Source: Eledone cirrhosa (Eukaryota). Taken from it: a DNA stretch of 64,000 nt. The notes under the pieces were generated by a model. That model made no database searches and was not told where the DNA came from. It worked only from the letters and a program-made list of their open reading frames with translations. The stretch covers positions 152,210,001 to 152,274,000 of the forward strand of contig OZ024743.1 in NCBI GenBank assembly GCA_964016885.1, given 5' to 3'. Position numbers and translations under genes: made by a program. This document shows, one piece after another, positions 24,909 through 39,456 of the stretch. Position 1 is the first letter of the stretch; the number at the start of each line of letters is the position of its first letter.

Positions 24909-27199
24909 GCAGATTATAAATGTATATTAATCCTTTTGTAATCATATTTCTAAAAAGAATATACTGTCTTTATGTTTTAATTATCAAAGTAATCATGAAT
25001 TATATGAGATTTAGTGAAATAACTAACTTTTAACTTGAAATAAAAGATATAATTTTTATAATTAGATGCCCTTTCTGTTCGTAATGTTTTCAACAAGGAA
25101 GGGGGACTGTTACCGATTTTTATCTAAAGGAAAGTAGTGAGGTTAAGTCATGTAATGCATGATAATTTAATATATTACATTTAATATATTACATTTACAA
25201 CTAGCTGAATAGACTACATTTGTCTAAAAAAACATTTGGTTAAAGTTATTTCAGTCTTTATACTTGTAAATTTAATGCTGTTCTTTTCAATATGTATAAT
25301 ATTTTAGTAAAGCAGTATATAACTATAATGAAAAAGAATGAATAATGAGAGGTATTTAAAAAAATTATAGTTTTACAACGACAAACAACATTTTTTCTAA
25401 TCATACTTAGGCTAATTTGTTTTGTTGATCAGAAATAATTCAGTTGTTATTTTTTCTTTGTTTAAAAATTTAAAAAAAGACCAATTTCTGTAGTTATACC
25501 TTCACAGACAATAAATTAAAATAATTATAAATCAACAACAGTATTCTGGTATAGATAATGAAGGCAATAGTAATACATTCTTACCTAACTAGAGAATATA
25601 TGTTAAAAGCTAATTCTCTAAATATTAATCTTATTTTTCTACAGCTGTCAAAAAGAACAATGTTTTTTGGTGTAGAAACCAACTGGGCTTAACAATACAT
25701 TGTATGATAAACTACAATTTCTGTTAACTGACAACAGTTAACTGCAACACCATATAATAAAGAAAAATGTAATTTCTTCTAACAAGCTTATCTTCCCAGT
25801 AATCATGTAAGTAAATAATTAGAAATATATGTTGCCCTTATCACAATTCTACATGACTAATATATATTTTGAAACATTAGATTAGTGACCAATAAGAGAA
25901 AGTCACAAATTAAAGGACATGGCCAACTCAGATGGTTTACACAGAAAAGTGATAACTAGATTTTGCTAGCAAAGTGATATGTTAAAGTTTATGTGAAAGA
26001 TGATGATAATGGAATAATTAGAAAAGGCAGACATGCATAGTAATAAATTCACAGGATTATCAAACAAGTAGTTTCTTTTTCTATGCTAAAGTTCTATGTG
26101 ACAGTGTGTGTCTGTGTGAATTTGGTACATAGTCAGGAGAAAAGATACACATTGCATGTAGAATTTATACACTCATCCAGGCTAGCCTGTAATTATTGAT
26201 AGCTACATCACAGCATTAATGGTTTTATATTTTAGCATGATAAAATGTATCTAGGACTTTATCAGCCAAAGTATTCTTTCCTCTTTTTTGATGGTAGATA
26301 GCTGGTCCAGTGTACAGCTTAGAAGTTTTCTTCTTTATTTGTGCATTAGATATCAAAACACTAAATAGAAATGAATCAGTTGTATGTTGACAAAAATTGT
26401 TATAAAAACCGATTAGGGAGAAGAAATCTGGACAATTGTGAGAAAGTGACCATGAATAATCTTCTTTAGTTCTTTTGCTCCGTATGAAGCATTGGGCAAT
26501 GGGAGATCTCCATGTAATAGTAGAGGTCAATGTCAGCAGGAGTCTTAAAACAAGAGGAATTATCAGTGAGCTATTAAAAATGTTTATGTAACTTGAAAAG
26601 TGTTTGATAGAAAGAGGATGCTTTTTTTTGCTTTTTCTTAGTGATTCTGTTTCAGAGGAATGCTGTTTTCCTTTGTATATAAGTTATAAACAAAATATAT
26701 TTTATACACTGCATCTATGGTTGTGTCTAAGAGTACTATTCTGACAGAATAGGTGTGCTGCACAGGACATCAGTTATGTGGAAAATGTTCATACATACTT
26801 GGCTTTCATTATGGCACAAGTTTCCAGCATCATAGTATGTAATGTTGTTGAGAGTAAGATGTTGTGAGAACAAATGTATGAATCATTTAGGCAGGTGATT
26901 TGGAGTTGAAAGGAAGTATTGTACTGGATTTAACAAGCAAGTAAGTGAACCTTGCCTTACAAGAAATATTGCCCAAATTACACCTTACTGTTTTAAAAAG
27001 TATAAAATGTGACATTGGATATTACATGGTCTGAAAGAATAAAAAACAGGCGATCATAGTGGGAATGCCTTGATCAGACTGCTGGCCTGGGATTAAACAC
27101 CAGCAGGTTTGGTTGATATATCACCACCCTGAATATATATATATATATATATATATTCAGGGTGGTGGATATATTCAGGGTGGTGGATATATTCCCTAA

Positions 27200-27314
27200 G
27201 GACAGACACTGGTCTGTTGGAGATGCAGGATATGGCAGCGATAATGAGGGACAGAGACCGCTGGAGAGAACTCGTCCATGGATCTCGGGAATTTTACCCG
27301 CCTTAGATAGATAG

Positions 27315-27316
<2 letters not shown>
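27200..27316 (+). mobile_element. Short RTE-like 3' end with (TAGA)n tail
   Basis: Encodes DTGLLEMQDMAAIMRDRDRWRELV...*; tail ttagatagatagat runs into (TA)n. Confidence 0.6.
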
Positions 27317-27345
<29 letters not shown>

Positions 27346-27469
27346 GGCACAGAAATTTAGTTAATACGAAGCATTGTAAGATATGTAGTAAAAATGTACT
27401 GGTGCACATTTTTTATTATTATTGGTCTTTTACCACATCTCACAATGCTTTGTATTTAACTCTACTACT

Positions 27470-27812
27470 ATCATCATCATCATCATCATTTTATGTCCGC
27501 TTTTCCCTGCTTGCAAGGGTGGGACGGGAACTGATTCTGGCTTGATTTCTACAGCTGGATGCCCTTCCTAACACCAACCTCATTTACAGTGAGTGCTGGG
27601 TGCTTTTTTGCCATGGCACCTCCTCGACCACGTTCGCAGTGGAATGATATGGATCTCAGTCCCTATCATCTCATTTCTACAGCTGAGTAAACTGGAGCAA
27701 TGTGAAATAAAGTGTTTTGCTCAAGGAAACAACACATCACCCGGTCTGAGAATTGAACTCACAACCTTTCGATTGCAAGTTCAATGCTCTAACCACTAGG
27801 CCATGTGCTTCT
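27470..27812 (-). mobile_element. CORE-type SINE (family B)
   Basis: Reverse complement near identical to 55217-55552. Confidence 0.88.
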
Positions 27813-27827
27813 ATTCTACTCTACTCT

Positions 27828-28050
<223 letters not shown>

Positions 28051-28169
28051 TACGTATGGATTCACCGAACATTTATTATAATGCTCGGATTGTTTGTAAA
28101 TAAACATCCTGTAATAAGCCGTACTGTCTAGCAACCATCGTTGCTCGTTTGTTCAACACTGACAAAGGA

Positions 28170-28212
28170 ACGCTGTACTAGTTTCAAGCTTATTAGCTAT
28201 CATCAGCAACGT
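28170..28212 (-). ncRNA. Minimal type I hammerhead ribozyme (Penelope-type)
   Basis: Minus strand ACGUUG-CUGAUGA-U-AGCU-AAUA-AGCU-U-GAAA-C-UA-GUA-CAGCGU: intact core, 6-bp stem I, 4-bp stem II, palindromic stem III, GUA site. Confidence 0.75.
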
Positions 28213-28409
28213 ATACCTTCCTGCCAGATGATTGAACGTCTGAAAGTATATACTTTCCTTATGCATATTAACGGCTGAGCAGCCTAATTTGCATATCGAG
28301 TGGGTTAATCCGCCGGGTGCACTGAAAACGATAAACGGAAAAAATGAAATGTTCTGTTATTAATTCTAGTAATATTATTACACAAATATGAGCCTCCCAA
28401 AGTATAACA

Positions 28410-28500
28410 AAATATATATATAATTATATATATATATATATAATTATATAAATATATATATATATATAATTTTATAAATATATATATATATAATTTTATA

Positions 28501-28536
<36 letters not shown>

Positions 28537-28730
28537 ATTATATAAATATATATATATATATATATAATTATATAAATATATATATATAATTTTATAAATA
28601 TATATATATATAATTATATAAATATATATATATATAATTATATAAATATATATATATATATAATTATCTAAATATATATATATAATTATATAAATATATA
28701 TATATATATATATAATTATATAAATATATA
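28410..28730. repeat. AT-only minisatellite [AATTATATAAA(TA)n]
   Basis: Seen directly. Confidence 0.9.
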
Positions 28731-28829
28731 GGCCGAAACAAATGAGGTCGTGTAGGTGTCATGACAAAAAAACACACAGTCCACACTGTAATGTGGCCGT
28801 GTAGGTAACACGGTAAAAATCTCCCAACT

Positions 28830-29747
<918 letters not shown>

Positions 29748-29749
29748 TT

Positions 29750-30420
29750 TCAAAGAACAAGGCGGACACGTGTTCCTAAGGATAACATATGCCACCTAAA
29801 TCAGCCACATTTCAACAAGACAACATCTGCCATCAGACAAGCTGAATTTACGACTGGCACACACGGGACCCTCATCGGAGAGATTGCCCCACAGATACCA
29901 ACCCACATACAGCGATATAGGAACACCTCCTAATTATCCCATCAACAACACAGAAACGTGCATGAGAGCATATGTTGTCTACAAGATCACGTGCAAAAGT
30001 ATAACTCTTCATACAACGAAAGTGTCATAAGAAAGCTAAACATGCGGATTAGGGTACACGTGATAACGAGAGCCCCTTCCTTTAAAAAACGTTTTGACAG
30101 ATGTCGCAGCCTAGAAAATGAGGTCACTATATAGGAGACTGAGAGGAATATGGGAAATTTAAGGATTAAAGAAGCCATTTTCAAAGGCAGAATGGTTGCG
30201 ACCATGTGCATGCGTTTTGCAAATACATAGACCCGTTACGGAAAAAAAGCTCTGAAAACTATATCACTCATTTGTTTCGTTTTGGACTGTTTCAACTTAG
30301 CACCTGAAAATAGGGTTTACCACCGAAATATGCCAAAATGCACTGGGTAAAATATTACTTTGTTTTCTTCCATTCGTCATCATTTGCCCTTCTTATTTTT
30401 CTACCGCATTGAACCGGCTT
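29750..30420 (+). mobile_element. Second Penelope-like fragment (decayed GIY-YIG)
   Basis: CMRAYVVYKITCK...IRKLNMRIRVH...NLRIKEAI pattern; decayed hammerhead-like ctgaaaat..gg...cc gaaat near 30304-30332. Confidence 0.55.
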
Positions 30421-30724
30421 TTAAATTAAGGTTATAGGTCTCTTATTATACACATACATATATAATAGTACACCAAGTGTGTTTGTATTTTTGTACAAAG
30501 CTCCATCTGCAAAGCTTTAGAATTTGCACATACAAACATACACGTATATAACACAATGTTTCCTACACAATTGCTCAGATACGTATACATATATATTATT
30601 AAATACACACACACACACACACACATCTATAATGTAATAATGAATGAGGTAGTATAGAAAGGAGAGAGGAAATAGAGTTCTAGAATACGTAAGTCCATAT
30701 GCTTATGTGTTTATATTTATATAC

Positions 30725-31012
30725 GCCTTTCATCCTTACGGGGTCGATAAAATAAAGTACCAGTAATGTACTGGGTATTTGCTGGCCTTGTGCCTAAAGT
30801 AGAAACAATTATTTATATATAAAGGGCGGTGGATTGGCAGTATCGGTAGAGAGTCGGACGCTATGCTTTTCAGCATAGTTACGTCCCTTTACGGTCTGAG
30901 TTCAAATCCCGCCGAGGTTTACTTTGCCTTTCACCCTTACGGGGTCGATAAAATAAAGTACCAGTAATGCACTGAATAATTGCTGGCCTTGTGCCAAAAG
31001 TAGAAACAATTA
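30725..31012 (+). mobile_element. Family-A SINE: 3' half followed by a full copy
   Basis: 30725-30813 repeats the 3' half of 30822-31012. A/B boxes ttggcagtatcgg and gagttcaaatcc. Confidence 0.88.
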
Positions 31013-31340
31013 TATATATATATATATATATGAAAGGTATAGAAAATACTATATATATATATATTATTTTCCACAATAATATTACACCATATGTATTTGT
31101 ATATTTATACGTATCTCCTTACACATATCATACTGAGACAGATTTACGCACATCTCAGTAATGTTGTTAAGTTCAGAATTAAGATCAGTCATGAGTGAGA
31201 AAATAAAAAAGGATTCATTTGACACTTCGATACAATAATTTATCTTTGATGAATAAAGTATTAAGCCGGTGTGGAAAATGACGTATGAATTAAATATTGT
31301 TAATGCTTTGAAGTTCACACACAGACACATGTATGTGAGT

Positions 31341-31383
<43 letters not shown>

Positions 31384-31560
31384 ATCATCATCAAACTTCC
31401 GCTTTCTCTGATAGCAACTGGTTGGACAGTTTCTTACAGATCACGTCAATACCTTATCTGAGCCACTGACCTCAATTACATAACATTTCTGCACATTATA
31501 GAGAGTGCACTGAGTGGGATTTATGACATAAGGCTTAGCGAGATTGTCATTTCTTTGACA

Positions 31561-31856
31561 TACACTCAGATCGCAAATAATAGCTCCTCCCCCCTGCTTA
31601 ATAATTTTTCAGATTTTTTTGCAACCCCACCGATTATTAAATTTTGCTAATCTATTTCCGTCGAAACTTTTATTGTAAGTGATTTAGAGTGATACAACAG
31701 TTGGAGAATCTAATAATAATTCTATTTTACATTTTTAAAAAAAAAATATATATATATATATGACAAAAAAAGAACATTACAAGAATTCCCGGCGCTTATA
31801 AGAATTTAAGTAAACGTCCACAATTCTCCCCACTTATTATTTGGGAACTGAGAATA
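31561..31856. mobile_element. TIR MITE (homolog at 58959-59340)
   Basis: Imperfect TIR tacactcagatcgcaaataat...attatttgggaactgagaata; shared internal tttttcaga...aaattttg.taatctatttc. Confidence 0.55.
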
Positions 31857-32154
31857 ATTGGGAATTAAAATAGAGCAGTAGCTGAAATGAACCCTGGGGA
31901 AAACTTTTAAATAATCAGAATGATGCTGAGATTTGGGGGCATATTCCATACATTTCATTCCACAAAAAAAGGTATATATTTTAAACATATGAGTATGCTT
32001 CGATGTAGAAAATCTTACAGTAATCGTGTTACGTGAGTGTGCTAATAATATGTATACATGTGGGTGCGCAAAAACCAAACAGAAATAACAAAGCAAACAA
32101 CACAGTATAATGAAGAAATATATTATTAATTTTACGCTTGATATTGTTGGAAAA

Positions 32155-32196
32155 GAATGTTAACGTTTCGGACGCTAGTCTTTCATCAGAAAATAG
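32155..32196 (-). ncRNA. Candidate minimal hammerhead ribozyme (Penelope-type)
   Basis: Minus strand AUUUU-CUGAUGA-AA-GAC-UAGC-GUC-C-GAAAC-GUU-AACAU; palindromic AACGUU stem III, weak stem I. Confidence 0.5.
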
Positions 32197-32373
32197 AATG
32201 AGATGGAAAGATTGCAGAGATGGACAGGGCAGAAACGGAGAAGTTTTATTTAGAAAAGAATAACAAGTCCATTCATGTTGCCATCTCATATATATATATA
32301 TATATATATGTATCATCGTTTTTACTTCTGCTTTTCCGTGCTTCCTTCGGTTGAACTTTCTATATATATATAT

Positions 32374-33174
<801 letters not shown>

Positions 33175-34776
33175 AGTGTGATGTTATATGGCTTTGAAAA
33201 ATGGATAAAGAATACAGACCACTTATAGAATTTAGAGGAAATGAGTTGAGAATATTCCATATACTGTGAAATATTAAGTTATGAGAAAAGTTGAGAACGG
33301 TTAAACTGAAAAGTGGTTAGTCATACAAAGTAGTTGCTGGTGTATAAAGGATGGTCAGTTTTACTGGTAAAGACATGTAATGCAAATAAATGATGCATGG
33401 TAGGCAATGAATTATTGTGGATAGTGGTGAAAGACAGACTGCAGCAAAAATAGTGCAGAAGGTATACAATATATAAGTGAAAACAATTTTGTGATTCAAA
33501 TGAAACTATACATAGGTTGAGATGTAAATATGAACTAATCCAATATTACAGATTTATCAAGTCAAGTGAGAAATGGAGACAATAAACGTTATTGTAGAGA
33601 GAACACGATTTATATGAAAATGTCACTGGAGCTATTTAAAAAATATTGTCATAACTTGAAAAGCATAGTAGTTAGCAATGTCATTAATTCCCACGATTTA
33701 CTTGTGTTATATAACTGAAGCAAAACATTTAGCTTCAATTAAGGAATTTGCAGCATAAAAGCTTGTTATTAATTAGCATTTAGCCTGAATAAGAACAGTG
33801 TGGCAACAAAGGGGTTTTTCATCCGATTGATGTGTAGGTTGTATTATGCTTATGTATGAAATAATTAATTGTATGATAGCAAATCTTGGGTATTGAATGC
33901 AGAGCATAATTTCCTGAAAGCTGGATAAATTTGTGGAAAGCAATGTTAGTGTACATGACCACAGAGCAGAGGTGATTTGAAGGTAACAAGTGGGTATAAG
34001 AGAAATAAGTTGTAAAGAGCAAAAGAGACATCTGCAATGGTATAGACGTTTGACAGATACGGAAATAAAAAAAATTGGGATGAGATGTGCCACACAATTA
34101 AAGTGGAAGAAGCTAACAGAAGACAAAGATTGAGGAAAGCATGGGAAGAAGGGGAAAAAACTGATTTGGGATACTGAATTTCAACATGTATACTGGAAAA
34201 ATTCCATCCAACCCATACAAATATAGCAAAAAAGTCACATGATTATGTCAATGATAATATGACGATAATGGTGATGTAATGATGATTATGACAATGTGAT
34301 GATAAGAATAATTTTAAATAAGCTACTTTCTCTGATTCCAAAGCCACTTCCATATTAATAAATTTGTTCATTAAAGTCTTCTACTCTGATAGCTAATACT
34401 TTCAATAAATCTTCCAAAATTCATCTTTGTAATATTTATATGAACAGTATTTTGTTCATGCCAGATAATATTTAACATAAAGCATATCACCAATATGATC
34501 CAATTTAATTATTCATTATTTAAAATAATAACATTCAAAATATTAGCTTTACTCTTAAGCTAATCACATGTTCAAGATTACTAAAATTAGTTTACTCAAG
34601 TAGAGCTTTTCATATTTTTCTATGAAATCTATGATATTTTTGTATAAAGAAATCTTAAAATATATTCAATATAATGGAACACAAATCAATAACAGAACCT
34701 CTATGTGCTATCTTGATCTCCAAGAAATATCAACTAAATTTCACCGAATATCTAATGGTCTCAAACAAATTTTAAA

Positions 34777-34998
34777 TTAACCCTTTTGATACCATTCTGT
34801 CCAAAATTGGAACAAAACCACACATTTGTAAGGGTTACCTGTTTGAATTATAACCTTTGAACATAATTATATATAAGAACCATTTGTTGAGTTCTTATAC
34901 AAATACCTTAATGAAACAACAATTTTAGTAAATTCTCCAAATTCCACGTCAATTATTTAAAAGTATTTCATGAGAAATATGCTCATAAAAAGGGTTAA
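34777..34998. mobile_element. piggyBac-type MITE (second family)
   Basis: ttaa-cccttt...aaaggg-ttaa; right part shared with 60607-60835. Confidence 0.7.
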
Positions 34999-37900
34999 TG
35001 GTGATGTTCAAGAAATATCATGCCCCCAAAAAGTAAAAATTGTTGCAGCTAGAATGTTCAGGAAAACAACATATAATGGAATAACATGGAAGGAAATAAT
35101 ATTTATAAAAAGTTTGTACACAAAAAAATCTAGAAGCTATTATATAACTTGAAAAAAAAATTGTTTCCATGATAAAGAATTTCTTTATATTTTCTATTTT
35201 TTTTAATAAATTATATTAGTTCTGATTTCCACATTTTCCCACTGTATAACAATCTGAATAGTAACAAAATAAACAGGAAAGGTGTATGTTAAAAATTGAT
35301 TTTCTATCTAAAAGTTGAACAACAACTTTGCACCAAGGTTCATAAAATTGATTTAGTTTGAATAAACTATACTGCCAATATTTCAAGGGGAAGGGTAAAT
35401 TCAATTGAATCAAATTTAGTATAAAACCTATCCTAGCAATCCTCAATGACTGAAAATCAAAGTTGACCTCAACAGAATTTGAACAACGAATATAAGTGAA
35501 ATATAGTAAAACATTCTAAGCCAACAAGAGTGCTTCCATGTGGTTGCTTGAACTTTTTTTTTTTTTTTACTCAAACGAAAAGAGCTGTGTCTATGGCACC
35601 TTTTTCTGAGATCCTATGACTAGTAGAGTGAGAGAGAAAGATATCCTGAAACTGGAGACCTGGACTAAATACTTGTTGATTCTACTAAAGACAGCTAAGG
35701 GTCAGGTGATGGCATTGAGCCAGGCAACTGATTGGGTCAACCCTCCAAGTAGAACAAGGCAAGATTTAAACTCACAATACAAAGAGCCAGAAGAAATACT
35801 GACACTCTAATGGTTATAACAGTCCATCACCCTAAACTGATAGTTTATTTATAACCCTGAAAGGATGATAGGCAAAGTTGACCTCAGAATGCAAGAAATT
35901 CATTAACTACAAATTCTCTCAAATCACACCCTGCAATGGTCAAGGCTAAATGTAAAGAAATTTAGTCATAGATTTACTTTATCAGAGCTGACTGAGGCTA
36001 AACAATAACAACAACTACAAGGCATTTAATTTCATGTTTCACTATTTCTTCTGGCATTTTCGCCCATCTGTGTATAATAAAACTGATATTAATTGAATGG
36101 AAATTGGTCTTAATTAACATTAACAATAATTAAATATATTAATTTATTGTGTAATTTCTTTATGAAAGAGGAATATTCGAAATGTGAACCCCATAAAATA
36201 AAAATTGTCAACAGGAAATATATGACAAAGTAAGTAGTTTTATTTTGCACACATTGTTTAGGGTTAGTAGTGAAAATGCTCTGACTTAAATGAATTATAA
36301 CAATTACCAATTAATTTAGAGGTTTCAAACAAAGTGAAAATTAATTGGAGAAAATATAACCAAAGTCGTTTACAAGGAGAAAACGTAAGTTAAAATAGAT
36401 GCTTTCAAAAAGAAGTTCAACAAGTGTTATCTGAAATTCGTCATGTGCATGTGTGTGTGTATGTATGTATGTATGTATGTATGTATGTATACAGTTGATT
36501 TGCCATTAAAACCAAGACAAACATTATTATCAAATAACTGATAAGAGAAATGGCTTCTAATATTGTTCATGAAATTTTAGAATAAAAATTATATATAATT
36601 TTGTATAACAGGTTTGATATTTAATCATGTTTTATCTTCTTTGTTTAACTGAATTTAGTTAGGTAAATTTACAGTTAAGAGAAAATATTTAATTACATCT
36701 GACCTTCACTAGTTTCAAACCAAATCTATAACATGGTTGAATAATATTTTCCACATAGTTTGTAAATCTACTGAACCAAACATTAAAATAGATCATTGAA
36801 AATAGTAATTAAATCTATATTTCTAATAATGAAGTATCTATAGAAGACATCATTTTGTAAATCTGTTTATTAGCAAATAAAAATATATTATCACTAAATA
36901 AACATACTGCTAAGTATACATTTAATGCAAATACTACTTAAAAGAGAGCAAAGAATGAGTCAAGAAAAGCTCACTTTCAGCAAAGTCAATAGAGAGGCCA
37001 GCAACAATCATGGGTCAGAAGTTCGTGAGAAAAGCAATTAAGATTATGAAATCAGTGTGTGTAAATTTATGGATACTTGCCTCACAAGTCAAAGTATAAA
37101 AAAAAAATGTAGGAATAGTATTATGTATTTGCTTCATTGCTTCGTTTGTGCAGAAAAGTGTTATCATTAAAGATTTATATATTGACATCAATTGCTCAAA
37201 GGCAAAGACAATATAACATACATAGAATATTAAATCTAATAGATGAATTAATTAAAAGGTGAGAGAATGTCACTTACGAATCATAGATTTTATCTTAAGT
37301 TTCAATTCTAGATTCCTATGTATAAGATGTCTTTCTCTCATCTTTTTTAAGAAGATATATTTCAGCTGATATATTTCTCTATTCAGAATGCTCTACAGGA
37401 AAGATTATATGTTGTTTAGCCTTGATTAAGCAGATTTTTTATCAAAAGCATTACAACCCAGACTACCGTCTCTTTCTTTTGGATAAGGAAAGTATCCACA
37501 ATGAGATTATCCAGAGTGTCTTGTTTTCAAGATTTGAGAAAGATCTAGCTGCTATTTCTAGCATGCTAATTGACCTCATAGAAGCTCCCTTGTTTGTTTG
37601 GGAGTGTGTGGGTTGCATACTGTATAAACCTGCTCCAAAGTAATTGGAAACAAGACAGTAAGATTGTTTAAACTAGAAAGACTGCTTGTTCTCACATATT
37701 TAGCAGGGGAAAGAAAATTGCTTATTTGTCTGTTTAGTTCATTTGTTGGATGGTAGTATGAGTTGTGAAGATGATGTTGAAGTAGTTGAATGAGTGAGTA
37801 GGTTGTTGGTCAAGTAATGGCAAGTGAAGTATGTCCCAGTGAGTCAAGAGAAGTTTTGCCATGTTCAAGAAAACGAATAGTTGTATTCACTTGTTGTGGT

Positions 37901-39147
37901 GTAAAGTGATATTACTGAGGAAAATTGATTTTCCCAAATCCCATGGATAAGAATTAACAAATGAACAAGACTGCTAATTTAAATGTTTTTATTTGTAACA
38001 TGATTTACTTCAAAATTATGTAAAGCAATTAACAATGGAAAAAGCTGTACATAGAGATGTAGGATGTTGTTTGTACATAGTAGCAAATTTTACTAACCTG
38101 GTAACAACCTCAGTTAGTACTGATTCCGGTAGTGAGTGTATGTCAATATTGCTAGGCTGGTGAAACAAACTATCTGTTGCAGAGGTAGCAGGCAGTCTGT
38201 CTTTTGCTGCATCAAAAAGCAAAATTCGTCCTGGGGGTCAAAACCTTCTTGCATATATCAGAATTAGGTTGCCTGGAACATTAAACTGATAACTTTTTCC
38301 AGTGCTCCCTTTTCAGACTATCTGGTGCCTGGAGCTTTCTACCTTAGAATATCATATAAGCTTTTGACTCTGAGGTCACAGATCAGTCTTTTGGTTGTTG
38401 TGTGTGGCAGGTAAGAAAATCATTGTTGGGGAACATATGTTGAGGTTTTGCTATACATATGTTTGTAAAGACAGGATTTATCAAAATAGAACATCTCTAA
38501 GATAAACATTAACCCTTCATTTAAGAAAGCTCTTATAGTCTAGTAAATGACTGTTTCTATATTAATTCACTAGTCTCTGAAAGATATGCAAAATCAACAG
38601 GCAGGTATTTTTAAGTTAGAAACTTGATCACTTAATACAAATACCATAAAGAATCACAACCAGCTCTCGACACATTGCGCCTATGCCAATGTCTACCTTT
38701 CATTAATACTATTCTAATATTTTCTTAAAAGAGAACTTCCAAAGATAATGAAGAAGCATATATCTTTTTGGAGTTCTTACTGAAATTCTAGAGTTATATG
38801 TCAATTATCTGAACCAAAAGTAAAGTATTTCCATTTCTATCTAACTGACTCATATAAATTACTACTCTACTTTTCATGATTTACCAGAATATAATGGTTG
38901 AATTCTGGCACATAAAAATAAAATTCAAAAACATGATATTCATTAAAGATTCTGTTTAGTTTTCACACCATTCAAGGTGCATGTCGCAAAAGTAACCAAA
39001 AGGTAACCGATACCTTTGTACTTAATATCCAACTTCATGTGTTACTTCCACTAGAATAAATATCTATCAAATCTTAACATTTCAATAAGAAGCTTTGAAG
39101 TCTTGCTGATTTTTCTCTCTCTCTCTGTATATATGTATATAAATATA

Positions 39148-39320
39148 TCTCATCACCATTTAACGTCCATTTTTCCACGCTAGCCTGGGTTAGGCGAGTT
39201 GTCCAGTTGTGAAACAATCCAGGTCAGATGACCATGTTTTGCTCAAACAGAACTGATTTTGGCTTGGTTTCTACAGCTGGATGCCCATCCTAATGCCAAG
39301 CACATTTCATTTACAGTGTG
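39148..39320 (-). mobile_element. RTE 3' tail fragment
   Basis: Reverse complement of the gggcatccagctgtagaaaccaagcc...ggacgttaaatggtgatg end. Confidence 0.75.
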
Positions 39321-39361
<41 letters not shown>

Positions 39362-39413
39362 ATGTATATATACATGTATGTATATATACATATATGTATG
39401 TATACATGTAGAC

Positions 39414-39456
<43 letters not shown>

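Noticed and set aside
26225-26530. 101-aa minus-strand ORF in non-repetitive sequence
   Set aside because: No ATG, no recognisable motif and no clear splice signals; a length this size can arise by chance.
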